Shown: positions 51,300 through 64,000 of the stretch, in pieces | Layout: the number at the start of each line of letters is the position of its first letter | How positions within the stretch are numbered: position 1 is the stretch's first letter | NCBI RefSeq assembly: GCF_046119375.1 | Contig: NW_027362761.1 | Coordinates: 542,810,001-542,874,000, forward strand | Source: Phyllobates terribilis | Lineage: Eukaryota | Direction: 5' to 3' | DNA length: 64,000 nt | Translations under genes and position numbers: made by a program | The notes under the pieces: generated by a model | What the model was told of the DNA's origin: nothing | Seen by the model: the letters and a program-made list of their open reading frames with translations, nothing else | Databases searched by the model: none

Positions 51300-54200
51300 A
51301 AACACTACATTTTTCTACCCCCATAACACAATAGTCATGCAACACCTAATAATTTATTTACCCTAGGTCTGCTTTTCCTCAGCACAATTTCTGAAATGTC
51401 ATTTTTTTTCTTAGGATTTTAGAAGGGTTAAAAGTTTTCAGCAACTTTTTTTTTTTTTAACAAAACCTATTCAGATTTGAAGTAACTTTTAGGGGCCTAT
51501 GTGATGGCTTTTTGAAAAACTGTACTCCGCAAAGTGTTCAAAACCACATTCAGGCAGTATGTGTACTCTACAAGTGATGGAAAGTGGAATGAAAAAATGT
51601 GTACCATGTCTTGGCCTCAATTTTATCATAAACTCTAATGTGAGAAAATGCACTACAACACTTCTTAATGCGATGTCTAGTGAACGCACCCATATGTGGT
51701 CAGGATCTACCGTTTGGGCACATGGCATGGCACCGAAGCAAAGGGACGCGATCTGATTTTTGGACCACAATTTTGGCTGGAGTAGATTGTGGTCGCATTT
51801 GCAGAAGCCCCAAAGTACCAGAATATGCGACCCCCCCCCCCCCCACCTTACCCTCCATACGTACACGCGTGACTCCAGTTTGGAAATTACACCCCTCAAG
51901 GAAAGCTCACAGGGTTGTACTGAACTTTTTGGACTCGCAGGTGCCTCACAAAATTTTATAACATAGGAATGTAAAAATGAAAAAAGATTTTTCCAAGAAA
52001 ATGTTGATCTAGTCCCAATTTTTTTTCATTTTGACAAGGACAACTGGAGAAAAATAGCCTGCGCAATTTGTTGTGTGATTTCTCCAATACCCCACAGGTA
52101 GTCAGAAATGACTTTTTGGACACACGGCAAGGTGCGCTGGAATACACCGCAGATGCCAAATCACACTGGCTGAATCTCTAAGGGGACAATACAACTGAAA
52201 CCCTTCCCATAATTGACCACATTTTGGAAATCAAGCCCCTCATGGAATAGGGGGTGTAGTGACCTTTTTGAACCACGAGATGCTTTTAGCTTTATAAAAA
52301 TGGGATTTGAAAATGAAATTTTTTTTATTCCTCTGAAATGATTCCTTAGCCCCACAATTTTCATTTTTTACAGAGGATAATAGAAAGAAAACGAACCCCA
52401 TAATTTGTGCAGTAATTGCTCCTGAATGCTGTTTGGATGCACTTCAGGGCTCAGAAGGGAAGGATCGCGGTTGTCTTTTTGAAGTGAAAATTTGTCTGGA
52501 ATTGATTGCAGGTGCCACTTGCAGGGCCCCCGAACTAACAGAAGAGCCGAAAACACCTTAAAGTGACCACATTTTGAAAGCTACACTCCTCAAGAAATTC
52601 ATCTAGGGGGGTGGTGAGCATTTTTTTTCTTCACACGTGCTATACAGAATCATAAAATGCTGGGTTCATGGAAACTAATTTTTTTTTTTCTCCATTAAAA
52701 TGTGCCAGCATACGTTATTCATTTTCAAAATAACCCTATAATTTGCAAAGCAATTTGTTGAAATGCCCAATATGTCATCAGACACTATTGTTTGTGGGTA
52801 CGGCTGTGCACAAAAAGGTAGACCTGCAATTTTGGCTTTTTAAGTAAAAATGTGTCAGTAATAGGTTGCAGGCGCCACTTAGAGGCCCGAGGTGCCAGAA
52901 AAGCAGGACCAAAGTAACTCCATTTCGGAAACTACACCCCTCAGTAAGTTTCTATATGACTGTAATGAGCATCTGTATCCCACAGATGTTTCGTCGATTA
53001 TATATATATTTTTTATTCTTTTACTATTGAAAATGAAAAATTACCTTTTTGATACAATGAGATTTAGATCAAAATGTTTAATCTTTACCAATAAGAACAA
53101 AATCGTACCCCGTGCATTATAGCACAATTTCTGCCAAGTATGACATTACCCTATATGTGGTTATACTCTACTGTTTGGGCACACGGCAGGGCTCAGAAGA
53201 AAAGCAGCATCATTTGTTCTTTGAGACGCAGACTTTCCTGGAGTAATATGTAGGCACCATTTGCAGAGCTCCTAACGTGCCAAAATGGCTGAAATACCCA
53301 AAAAGTCACCCCATTTTGCAAGTTGCACTCAGGGAAATAATCTTTGGGTGTAGTGATTATTTTGACCTGACTGATGTTTTCCAGAAATTGGTGCACAGTG
53401 GCTATTAGAGTGAAAAGTGCAAATATACCATTTTTATGCCCCATGCATAGTGCGCCCCATAAATTTAAGTGGTTTGTCCAGGACTTAACAATTGGTGGAT
53501 CTGTCTCAATATGGGATCTGTGTGGTCTAAGATCGCCCACTGATTAACTAAAAACTGCTCTGGTAGCGCCCCGAACTATGTGATGTATGGGGCTGAACAC
53601 CGCAGCATTGTACATGGGGTAGTAGCCTCTGCTGAGTACTACAGAGCTCCCTTCAATGGGAGATAAAGCGCAGTACTGGTCTGCAGTCCCCTGTGTGCAG
53701 TGCTGCTGTGCTCCACCCATGCCTGAGAATTTATTCTCTGCAAATGTAATGTCCCATATTACGCTCTGGGGTTTCCGCAATTATGTAAGAAAAAAAAAAA
53801 TGCTTATACTTTCTTCACCACTCATGTGTCCAGTCCCTCCACTACTCACTGCCACCAGTCTGGTCCTCTCCGCATCTTCTGATCCCACGTCACTTGTGTT
53901 GGAGTTTTTGAGCCTCTAACACTGTGCTTGACTTCTGGCTGTCATGGCATCCAGGAGGGTTCTGCGCCAGCACACGGGAGGTCAACGGTGTTATGACGTC
54001 ACGACATGCGTGTGGTCTTCCTCCTCGCATTCAAAGAGCTCTCTTGGGGCCATGGCAACTTTGAAGTTTGGCCCCGGGGTGAGAGGCCTGAAGATTCCAA
54101 CGTGAGTGGCGAGGGATCAAAAGGAGGAGGACCGGACAGGTGGCGGGCGGTGAGTAGCGGTGGGGTGAGTGTAATTTTTTATTTACCTTCTTGATGGCCC

Positions 54201-55600
54201 ATTATGTTTCACACAAATGTCAGTCAGCGCCATTTTGCTTAATCCACACGGAAGTGAACTACAAAAAAAATCTTTATTTTGGCAAATGCTGAATTTTCTA
54301 AAATTTGAGTAGAAACTCTACTAAAATGTATTCACTCATCTCTAGTCATCAGTCATTAGATCTTGGAGAACCCCTTTTTTTAAGCTAGTATGACAACCCT
54401 CCTATATAGACATGGAGGTTATAGGAAGCTGAATAAAATGATACCTTGATATCTGCGATCCGATTATTCCAGAGAGAGACACATTTTCTTCATATGCAAA
54501 TGAGCTGTTAAGGTCTGTGGGCTGGATATAGATCTCCCTGAGAATCTGTCTCCAGAGCTTATTATATAAATGAATGGGGATGTTACCAGTGTGAGACATG
54601 TAATGACTGACAGTCTGCTCTCCTGATCTACACGTCACACTGGTCATGCCATCTTTCATTTACAATAAGCTCTGGAGGCAGATTCTTCTGGAGATCTATG
54701 TCCGGCCCATAGATCTTAACAGCTCATTTACATATTAAGAAAAACCTATCACTTTATTTAGCTTCCCATGACATACATGCCCATATAGATGTCTTAGGAG
54801 GGTTGATCCTACTGACCAGATTCATTTTTAAGTGTGTTTTCCCCTCTGCAGCCATGCCATACATGTTGACTATGGTGTGGGCACGCTGCAGGGCTCAGAA
54901 GGGGCCATTTGGCTTTGGGAACATGGATTTACTGGATTGGGTTTTGAGAACCTTGTCTCTTTTCCAGCTCCATTAAACTATTAGTAACGTGGAAAACATC
55001 AATATTTCTGTTGACAGATGACGGATATGAGTAGGGGCTTGTTTTTTTGCGGGATGAGTTGGAGTTTTTAGCCGGTGCCATTTGGGGATCCATAACACTT
55101 ATTTTTTACTTGCTCTTAAGATTTTTGAGAAACAAATGGAACAAATAACCATTTCAGGAATTCTCCTCATTTATTTTTTTTTAACACCGTTTTACGCTTC
55201 TTCTTCAGGTCAGTACAGTGTGTGTATATAGATATATAGATATATATATAGATAGATAGATTATAAAAATATTTGCTTTTGCATCATCATATTCTGAGAA
55301 CTATAATTTTTTTTTTTTGCCAAGAGTAGTGTGGGGGCTTGATTTTTTTTGTGGAATAAGGTGAAGTTTTTACTCATACCATTTTGCACTACATAATATT
55401 TTTTTTCTATCAGATTTTGTTCGATTGTCTTTTTTTTTTTTCTTTGTAGTTCAGAGTGAACAAAAACCAGCAATTGCTTTTTAGTTTTGTTTTTTTTTGT
55501 TTTTTTTTTACGGTGGTCTTTGTATGAGTTAAGTAATGGGACAGTTTTATAAACTGGATCTTTCTGTATGCAACGTCAATAATTATATTTTACAGAGAAG
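51300..55600. repeat. Unclassified modular interspersed repeat (probable non-autonomous DNA element)
   Basis: Recurrent modules TTTGGAAACTACACCCCTCAAG, GGGCTCAGAAG, GCCATTTGCAGAGCCCC at ~51780-51900, 52140-52260, 52440-52590, 52870-52950, 53180-53330 and 54890. Confidence 0.55.
54390..54831. mobile_element. Fold-back MITE
   Basis: ~54491-54560 is the reverse complement of ~54667-54735 (ATATGCAAATGAGCTGTTAAG...CCAGAGCTT); ends in TTAA. Confidence 0.75.
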
Positions 55601-56104
55601 CAGAATTTTTGGTGGTGAAACATTGCTGTTATATTTTCTTACTGGGTTTTGATTTTTTTTCTATCATATATTTACAAATTTCATTATTTTATTTTTTTTT
55701 TCTTCCCTGTACGGGGCTTCAACTTTCACTTGTTTCATTGCTGATCTAATATCCTGTAATACTTCTGCATTGCAGGGTAATTTACTTGTCAGTTTTACAC
55801 TTAGTAAAGGCATGTGAGACCCTGATTGTGGCAGGCTATATCCCCCTGCCATCATTTGGCCTGGGGTCGCCATGGCCATCATTGGCACCGCGTGATCGCT
55901 ATTGCGGGGTACCAGTGGGCTTAAAGAGGGTTTCTCCTCAATTAAATAACCATCTAGATGCTGCAGTCAACATTTACAGAGGCATCTTAGTGGTTCAATG
56001 GCCATGATCGGTGCTAGTACTGATCACAGCCCTTGCAACAGGGTTTCGTCTATAATACGAGGCGGTACCCAAAAAAAGGAGAGTTCTTTATATAATTTTT
56101 TTTT

Positions 56105-56620
56105 TATTCAAAATAACGTCTTGAAATCCTTACTCCTCTTCACAATCCTGTCCATTAGATGATGTGCACTTGTCCCAAAGTTTTTTCCACCGTTTGAAAC
56201 ATTTTTATATTCTTCTGAACTAATGCTGTTTAAGTGCCTCCAGCTATTTTTCCTTAACCTCTTCTACGTCCTGAAAAACGCTTTCCCTTCAAGTTTTCTT
56301 CATTTTTGGTAATAAAAATTTGTCTCGGGGGGGGGGGGGGGGGGCTAGGTTGGGCGAGTAAGAGGGGTAAGAAGCCGATGTCATTCCTTTTTCTCCAAAA
56401 ACTGGTTGATTTTCAACGTTGTGTGGGTTGGCGCGTTGTCATGATGAAGCAGCCAGTCCTCCAATCGCCACAATTCAGGTCTTTTTTTTTTTTTTCCCGC
56501 TGCCTCACGCAATCGTTTCAGCACTAGCAAATAGTAAAGTTTGCCATCTCAGAATCGCTGAGAGCTTTGGAAGGGGATTGAGAAAAAACAATCACTCTGT
56601 CAACTGCGATGGGGTCTCAT
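56105..56620 (-). mobile_element. Mariner-like transposase remnant (C-terminal half)
   Basis: KRPELW..EDWLLHHDNAPTHTTLKINQFLEK and F.DVEEVK. Confidence 0.7.
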
Positions 56621-59440
56621 GAACGCTACTTGGCCGACTAAGCTGGGAGAGTGTCTAGTAAGCGTACCAAGCGGGAGAGGTCAGCACTGCCAACCCGCTT
56701 GCCTACAGAAAATTATTGTTTTTCTTGTTTACCACCTCATTGGCACCCATTGATGATGAAGCCGATTCTGCTTGTGAGATGGCAAAATCATTGCACCGTT
56801 CAGGTACGGCTTTTTGCAGGAACGCACTTGCCCATTCCGCTGTAGATGTAAGGTGGATGTTGGGAAGGGGTTGAGTTTGGGTGGTGCAATCCAACTTGGG
56901 CTTGCTGCGAAAAAATTCCAAAAGGACTTTCATGGAATTAAGGATCTGTCTCACACACTATATAGATTGGAATAGACACAGATGATAACTGACCTGTAAT
57001 AAACCCTAACAGTTCGCCATCTGACAAAATAAAAAATCAACAATTATAAGCTAATGAGACAAAAAAGCAAGAAAGCAAGGAGGAGGCGAAGGCTTCATTC
57101 ACTGAGCAGCAGGCCCCGGCATTCCTCCTCCTTAACAAACCAAGCATCTCCAAGGAAAGTGTAAATGTTCCTACTTCAATCTCATTTTAATGACGCACTC
57201 GAGCCTGGGCCCCGAAATGTCATCCTCTGTATTGTAAAACCTTTTGCAAAGTTGAATAAAGCTTACACATAAGAGCAATCAGCGCTGATGGCAGCAGCAG
57301 GCAAAATATCAGTCTCCGGGAATAAATTTTAGATGAATCCGCTCTCCAGACAATTTTGAATTTTAAATGTTTTTTAAAAATGTGACATCTTCATAAAGCC
57401 GAACACGAAAGAGCGAGAGAAACCGTAAAACCTGAATTTGTTGCTTTTGTTTTTTCCCCCCTCTTTTAATTTTTCCGTCTGTCTCCCAATCACCTCCTGA
57501 CTACAGAAGACACCAACTAAGCAACTTTCCATTTTAATAATTTACTGCGCTCATGACCTATTAGCAGAAAATTGGTTAAAAGCTCTAAACCGGAGCAGAT
57601 GTGTTTCTCCGAGGGGTTTTTGCTCTATGGTTTAAATACCTCATGTATGGAGGTTGAATATACCTGAACATTTGGAAAACTGCAGTGTTACTTTCCCCCA
57701 GAGCTACAATGATGCTCGATGAGATCTCTTCTGCTACTCTCCTTCTGTCCTTTAATTCTGCCACTTCTTGTTTCCATGGGTTTTCTTTTTTTTTTGTAAG
57801 GTTGAAATAGGTTTTCTACTACTTGCAAAAATTTTAAAAATTGACCTATGGCGGTGCAAAAATTAAGGGTAAAATAAAAAACTACTGTACCAGATTATCC
57901 TACTGCTACTGGAATTCCCCAGCAGTCATTATGCATTAAGTAACAAACTAATGGATGACTTAAATCCCTAAGCTCGATGTCTCCCCTGTCTTATGCTGCC
58001 CTTAGATAGAAGACAGGATAGACCTGCCTAAAACCTACGAACATGAAAAATGTAACAAAAGAATTTGGTCTTTGGAAGGTACACACAAAGTAAGTGACAG
58101 CAAAAGCATACTGCTGTTTTTTAAACTTTTTTTTTTCTTGCCTGCTATATACGAATGTTTCCTGATCATGAGAACCCCTTCTTCATCACTTTTTTTTATG
58201 CTTTTGGTCTTATGGATAATATGGTAAGGCGGATTCTCTAAGCTGTAGATCAGAATCGGCAACATACAGGAGACGTTAGTGCAGTGTAGAACTGAACTGG
58301 AAAGGCTGGGTAACACCGTGGAGCGAGGAACAGCAGAGCTGATTGTGCGGCTGGATGTTATCTTGCATGTGGAACAGCAGAGCACCTTAGAACAGTAGAT
58401 CCGAGTATGTGGACAGATACATTACAAGAGCAGAGTGGGGTTTGTAGTGGAGCTGAATATGATGCACAGGAAGCACAATCCAGCAGTGCGGGGTAGTAGA
58501 CTAACTAACTGTATGAAAACTCAGGAAGCGTATCGCCGCCTTAGAAGGTGACATCAGAGGCGCGCATGGGTACAGGGAAAGATGCGCAGTACGGTGTTGA
58601 AGCTGGGAAAAGTGAGTAACACTGGGTTACAGAAAGCAGTTGTCACAAAGAATCAAAAACTTAAACATTTTACATGAAACCTGTAGACTTTGAAGAGTTC
58701 AGTGATACAAACTTGTCATCTCACTTGAAATTATCGCAGCTTGATGGAGTAAATGCTGCACCAGGTGGTGATCTGCACCGTCAGCCGCTACATCTGTATT
58801 ATTCAGCAGCCATGGGCTCTGTGTTGTTTTAATGAGTGGTTGTGCCAGTTTCTCACATTTACTTAGGCATCTCATATCCCTTGTCATTGCCATGAGTCAT
58901 GGCTGCTGGCTGTAGCAGCAACCGCTTTGTTGCTATCGGCAGAGAACAATAATTCTTCATTTGCGTAATATCCCTGCATTGAGATGGGAGAAGGCATAAT
59001 GTGTGTTTTTTCACTGGGTGGTAGAGAATCGGCCCTTGGGGGTAATTTAGGAAGACATTAGCCGAAGAAGTAACAAGATTCAACTTCCCCGTTTCAGTCA
59101 AGTAGGTTTTAAGTTCTTGAAATCTGAGGTGGCTTATGGCAACTTTAAGATGTCGGTTTTGGTTGTTTTTTTTCTTTTGGAGACCTTTGCACTTTTGATA
59201 CTATAACAGTTTTTATGCTTCTGACAAATGCAAAAAAAATCCTAATCTTCCCTCATACGGTATTTTCTTTGGACGCTTCTCCTGTTGAACAAAAGCCTCC
59301 GAGCACTATACAATCAGACGCCTTCATGCAATTATGCATCAAGGTGCAATGTGGTAAGAATCTGACCCAAGCACCGCCTGAGACACTTCTAAATATAAAA
59401 GCCCAAAATGTGTGGAGTTTATTCGTGTCTATTATACTTA

Positions 59441-60665
59441 CAATGGATATAAAAGCATTCCACACCCATGATAAAATGTTAGTGTTTTTTTTCTTTTACT
59501 CATATAAAAAAAAATCCTACAAAGAGTAATAATTTTAGAACTTTTCCCTCCTTTAACATCGCCCATAATTTGTACAATTTAATTGGAAAATAAATTGAAC
59601 TCTTTTTGGGTGGAAAAAGAAAAATAAAGAACTAAAAATGTGGTTGCATAAATATACACACCCTTAAACTAATACTTTGTTGAAGTACCCTTTGAATTTC
59701 TGACAGCACTGCACATCTAGAATTGGCTATCTTTGCCCTCTCTTCCTTTCAGTATCTAAGAATCTGCCAGATTGCAGAGGCATCTTCTGTGTACAGTATT
59801 CTCTTCAGGTGACCCATAGATTTTCAATTGGATTCAGATCTGGGCTCTGGCTGGGCCATTCCTAAACTGTGATCTTCTACTGGAGAAGCCATTCTTCTGT
59901 TAATTTAGAGGTATGCTTAGGGTCGTTGTTGTGCTCAAAGGTGAAATTCTTCAGCTTTTTTTTTTTAGCAGAAGCCTCAAGGTTTTGTTGCAAAATTGAT
60001 TAATATTTGGGACTGTTTATAATCCCCTCCCTCCACCTTGACTAAAGCCCCAGTTCCAGTTTCCGAAAAAAAGCCCCAAAGCATAATAGCCTCCACCATG
60101 CTTCACTGTGGGTATGGTGTTCTTTTGGGGATGTGCAATGTTGGCTTTGCACCAAACACCTTTTGGTATTATGGCCAAAAAAGTTCAATCTTAGTCTCAT
60201 CAGTCGATAACACATTTTCCCACATGTTTGACAGACGTGATGTAGGTTTTGGTAAAACATAGCCAGGCTTGGATGTTGTTCTTTGTAAGAAGAGGCTTCA
60301 GTCTTGCCAACCTACTCCAATGACCAGACATATGAAAAAAAACGGAAGATTGTCACCTGCAGTACACAACCTGTACTTGTTGGAAATTCCTGCAGCTCCT
60401 TTAATGTTGCCGTAGGCCTCCTGGACAAATTTTATTTTCATCAATTTTTGAGGGAAGTAAAGTTCTAGGTAATGTCACTGCTGTGGCAAACTTAAGCCAC
60501 TTCTTGATTGGATTGGCCAATTTTGAACACAACCACATCCCCAATTCTACAAGGGTAACTTATGCAACCACATTACTTTAGTTTTATTTTCCCCCTTGAA
60601 ATGATTCTTCTTGGTATGATTCTTTTTTTTTACATGGCATTTTAATAGACTTTTTATATCCACTG
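59441..60665 (-). mobile_element. Degenerate, internally deleted Tc1-like element
   Basis: TIR tips TA|CAATGGATATAAAAG ... CTTTTTATATCCACTG; [10 protein letters not shown] and HSEAWWR (frameshifted VKHGGG) remnants at ~60080-60210. Confidence 0.75.
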
Positions 60666-63237
60666 TGTATATTTACATACTTTCCAGAGCAAAATACACC
60701 AAAAATATTGGGTTCTGTTATGGTTAACTACTATGGGTACGGGCAGATGTTGCAGCGGTTGAAGCTCCACACACCCGCGTATGAGGGAGTCTCACTTCTG
60801 AGTTACAGAATCCAAAAAAAACATTGTAAGGATAAGCGCACACTTCGTGTTCTTTCCATGTTTTTGCTGTGAAAAACAACTTTTCTGTTACAGCAGAGTT
60901 AATGAGATTTCTGTAGTCTCATTCACACAGTGCTATTTTTTTCCTTGCGGATTTGAATCCATCTGCAGCATGTCAGTTCTTTATCCTGAATGGGTTTACC
61001 TTGTTGATGGTGGGATATCTTATATACTATTTTTGATCAAAAACAGTGTTACTAAGAACCCTATTTTATTTATATACACTTTTGCTTTTTATTTATTTAC
61101 AGCAGGGTTTATGTTCATTTTGCTTCTTGTAGGTTTTTCTGATTCATGTCCATTGTGAAACATGTGTTTATGTGCTGCATGTATACCAACTTAAACCAAG
61201 CTCAAATTTTGTGTTTTAGCATGTCAGTTCTTGCAGCATTTTTCATCTATTCCAATGACTGCGAAAAAAACCCCAGCAAAAACATACATATATATATCAT
61301 GCCCTTAATGTACATAGCTATAGACCCCGAGCTGCTTATCACAGAAGGGGACGGAGTTGGACCTAGGACCAGCTAGTCACTGCTATGTTACACACAAGAT
61401 GATTAAAGCTTCAGTGTAAGAAAATAGCAGCACACAGCCGGACATGTGACATATCGTTGAGTTCAGTGTTTTAACCTCCACCTCATGCTGTCCTCAGTGT
61501 TTATAGCAAAAACCTGCTGACAGATTCCCTTTAAGCACTATATCTTCTCAGAGAAAATGCCTCTCTCCCCACTCATCTATCACTAATTCTCTCCTGCACT
61601 GATCATCCACTCTCAAAAAGGCTGACTACAGATCTGTCTTTATTTGGGTGGATCAAATCACACCTGCTTTCTATTGAAGTGTATGGAAAGAAGTTGGAGG
61701 GAGAAAGATACAGAGCACACACACAAGAATCTGCTGCTGTTTCTAGTGTCTAATGCCTACAGGGGAAAACCACAAAATAATGACACAAGTCTTGTAATTA
61801 CCAGTAATCATGGTATTCATCATGTGCACAATTTATCCTGAGAAGTCGCATGGTTTCCCCTGCGTGGTCTCGCCAGGACCGCACATGAGCGGGATGCCCC
61901 AGTATCAGTTCAGACACAGATTAACCTTTTTCCCAGGAGTTGGCCATCTTCCAGTTCGGCACATGCGCTGATCCCGGGGCAATCCTACAGAATTTCAGTA
62001 GAGATCGCACTATCTATCTATTGGAATTTGGGAAAGAGCTTGGCGGCCCTATAAGATAATCCATAACCACGGTCATTAGAGAGAGGGGCAAATATACTGA
62101 GCCTAAATTCTCCAGTAGTCTCACCTTCACTCCCCATCACGAATGCTCCCGGGAGCGGTAAGTGAAGTGCATCCCATTTACATTATTGCTTGATGAGAGC
62201 TTTTCTATCACTTTAATTACATATAGGAGTCACCAGCCGAACAAATACTTTAATTATTTGATTTTGACCCTGAGATGTTGCGGTAGGAAACTTATCTGTA
62301 TTTGCAGGGAGCTGCAATTTATCATGAGCCGTATAATGACTTTTAATAGATGCAGGAGGATTATAATTACTGGGTGTCCAGCTGTGATCACTCTGCCCCT
62401 CCATCACTTCCCAGCCCCCCGTGAGCGGCTTCGGCCACATGAAATGAAAGGCGGAGGGTTGTTTTTTTTCCCCTTTAATCGGTTGTTTGAAAGTTACACC
62501 TTGAGGATAAGAATTTTAATGTATAATGGGTGCAGCGTGATGAACCTCTGGTGGTGGTGATGTCGATCCATTGTAGCAAATCCCGTAAGGTAAAGGGCAA
62601 AGTCATCAGTAGTGTTGCAACGTTCATAAATTTATGAAACCGGTTATCAAAATGGTGGATGAGATGTGGGGGGAAAAAAAAAAAAAAATGTTGCGCAACA
62701 CCCCACACATGGTACCCACTTTTTTTTTTTTTTTTTCCCCATATGCTGCTTTTATTGCTGCTGGTCTTCAGCACTTCTGACACCCAAATGTAACAGCTGG
62801 GATCAGGTTGTCACTAGTAACTGCGGCAACCAATGACGTCTGCAAAGGCTAAAGATTGCCATGTACGGCCCCTGCAACTTGGTCTTGGAATGTAAAATTT
62901 GCTCCCAGATCTACCATTAGTAATACCCTATTAGGTCCTTCCCTTCCTCCAAATGTGTGTTTTTTTTTTTTTTGTTTTTGTTTTTTTATAAATATATCGA
63001 ACATACGCTAGTGGTTATCTTTTGATTGATAACATTTCACTAAGTTTGTCTGCAATCTTCATTTCTTCATTCATTTTCATACTGAGTCTGGTATGCAGTT
63101 TGCAGCTTGATCCAAGTTTTGATTTTTCTCTCTTGGGAATGGCTCTTCCAGTAATGTAGGCTGAATCTGAGATCTGTATGTAGCCCAGTGTGCTGCTGTC
63201 TTTAATCACTTTCACGAATCAGCAGAGCTTCTATCTC

Positions 63238-63503
63238 GCACTTATTTCTGCTCTATTCACTTTCATGCATTAGCACAGCTTCTATACTGCACTTATTTCC
63301 GCTCTATTCACTTTCATGCATTAGCACAGCTTCTATACTGCACTTATTTCCTCTCTATTCACTTTCATGCATTAGCACAGCTTCTATACTGCACTTATTT
63401 CCACTCTATTCACTTTCATGCATTAGCACAGCTTCTATGCTGCACTTATTTCCTCTCTATTCACTTTCATGCATTAGCACAGCTTCTATGCTGCACTTAT
63501 TTT
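63238..63503. repeat. 51-bp tandem repeat x5
   Basis: GCACTTATTTCCTCTCTATTCACTTTCATGCATTAGCACAGCTTCTATACT. Confidence 0.92.
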
Positions 63504-63607
63504 CTGTTTTTCTGTAGCCCTTTCTCTACTCTCTATACGACTTTACATACTTGCTCCCCAATCCAGTACAGATCTGTGTACAATTCCCTCCCTGCTCCAT
63601 TCTCTAA

Positions 63608-64000
63608 GGGCTCGCTCACATGAGCGTATAACAAGGCCGAGCGATATACAATAAAGCATCGCATAGCACTCGGACCAGTGTTATTCTATGGGGCAGCTCT
63701 GATCTGCGATTGTCATGCCAAATCGGCATGACAAAATAATCACAGCATGCTGCGAGTGCATCCGAGAATCTGATTGCACTCACCCATACAAGTCTATGGG
63801 TGCTTGCGAAACATCGGACTGCACTCTTATGTCATCGGAGTGCAGTTTGATTACTGTGGATGTTGATAATGGAGAAGATAGAGAAATTACTTTCTCTGTC
63901 TCCTTCGCACCTGTGCTGTGATTCTCTCATATGTGAGAATCGGAGGACAGAGCACTGACTCGGATCACGCTCGCAGCAGAGCATCATTATCATATCGCAT
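63608..64000. mobile_element. Harbinger-like MITE running off the window end
   Basis: TAA|GGGCTCGCTCACATGAGCG start; internal CAAGTCTATGGG centre and TCGGA/TCCGA repeats. Confidence 0.55.

Overview
Vertebrate, most likely anuran (frog), genomic DNA that lies entirely inside one + strand gene, KIAA1328 (hinderin). Two coding exons are visible, 10020-10135 (116 nt) and 37399-37526 (128 nt). They join in frame only through a minor-spliceosome (U12-type) AT-AC intron of 27,263 nt, with an ATATCCTTT donor at 10136, a TCCCTTAAC branch site at 37378-37386 and a terminal AC at 37397-37398. The rest is intronic and dominated by repeats: CR1 and L2 LINEs, six Tc1-like and one mariner-like remnants, a Chapaev3-like transposon, a hAT-type non-autonomous element with an 8-bp TSD and long internal palindromes, TTAA- and Harbinger-type MITEs, about ten minisatellite arrays and two assembly gaps. 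The most notable points are the very long AT-AC intron, a possible intronic-polyadenylation isoform at its 5' end, a competing U2-type acceptor at its 3' end, a same-strand cluster of CTCF-like motifs, a hammerhead-like remnant and a multi-level transposon nest. Gene and family assignments rest on recalled motifs, not database searches. Organism assignment is inference. Repeat boundaries without a stated TSD or TIR are approximate.
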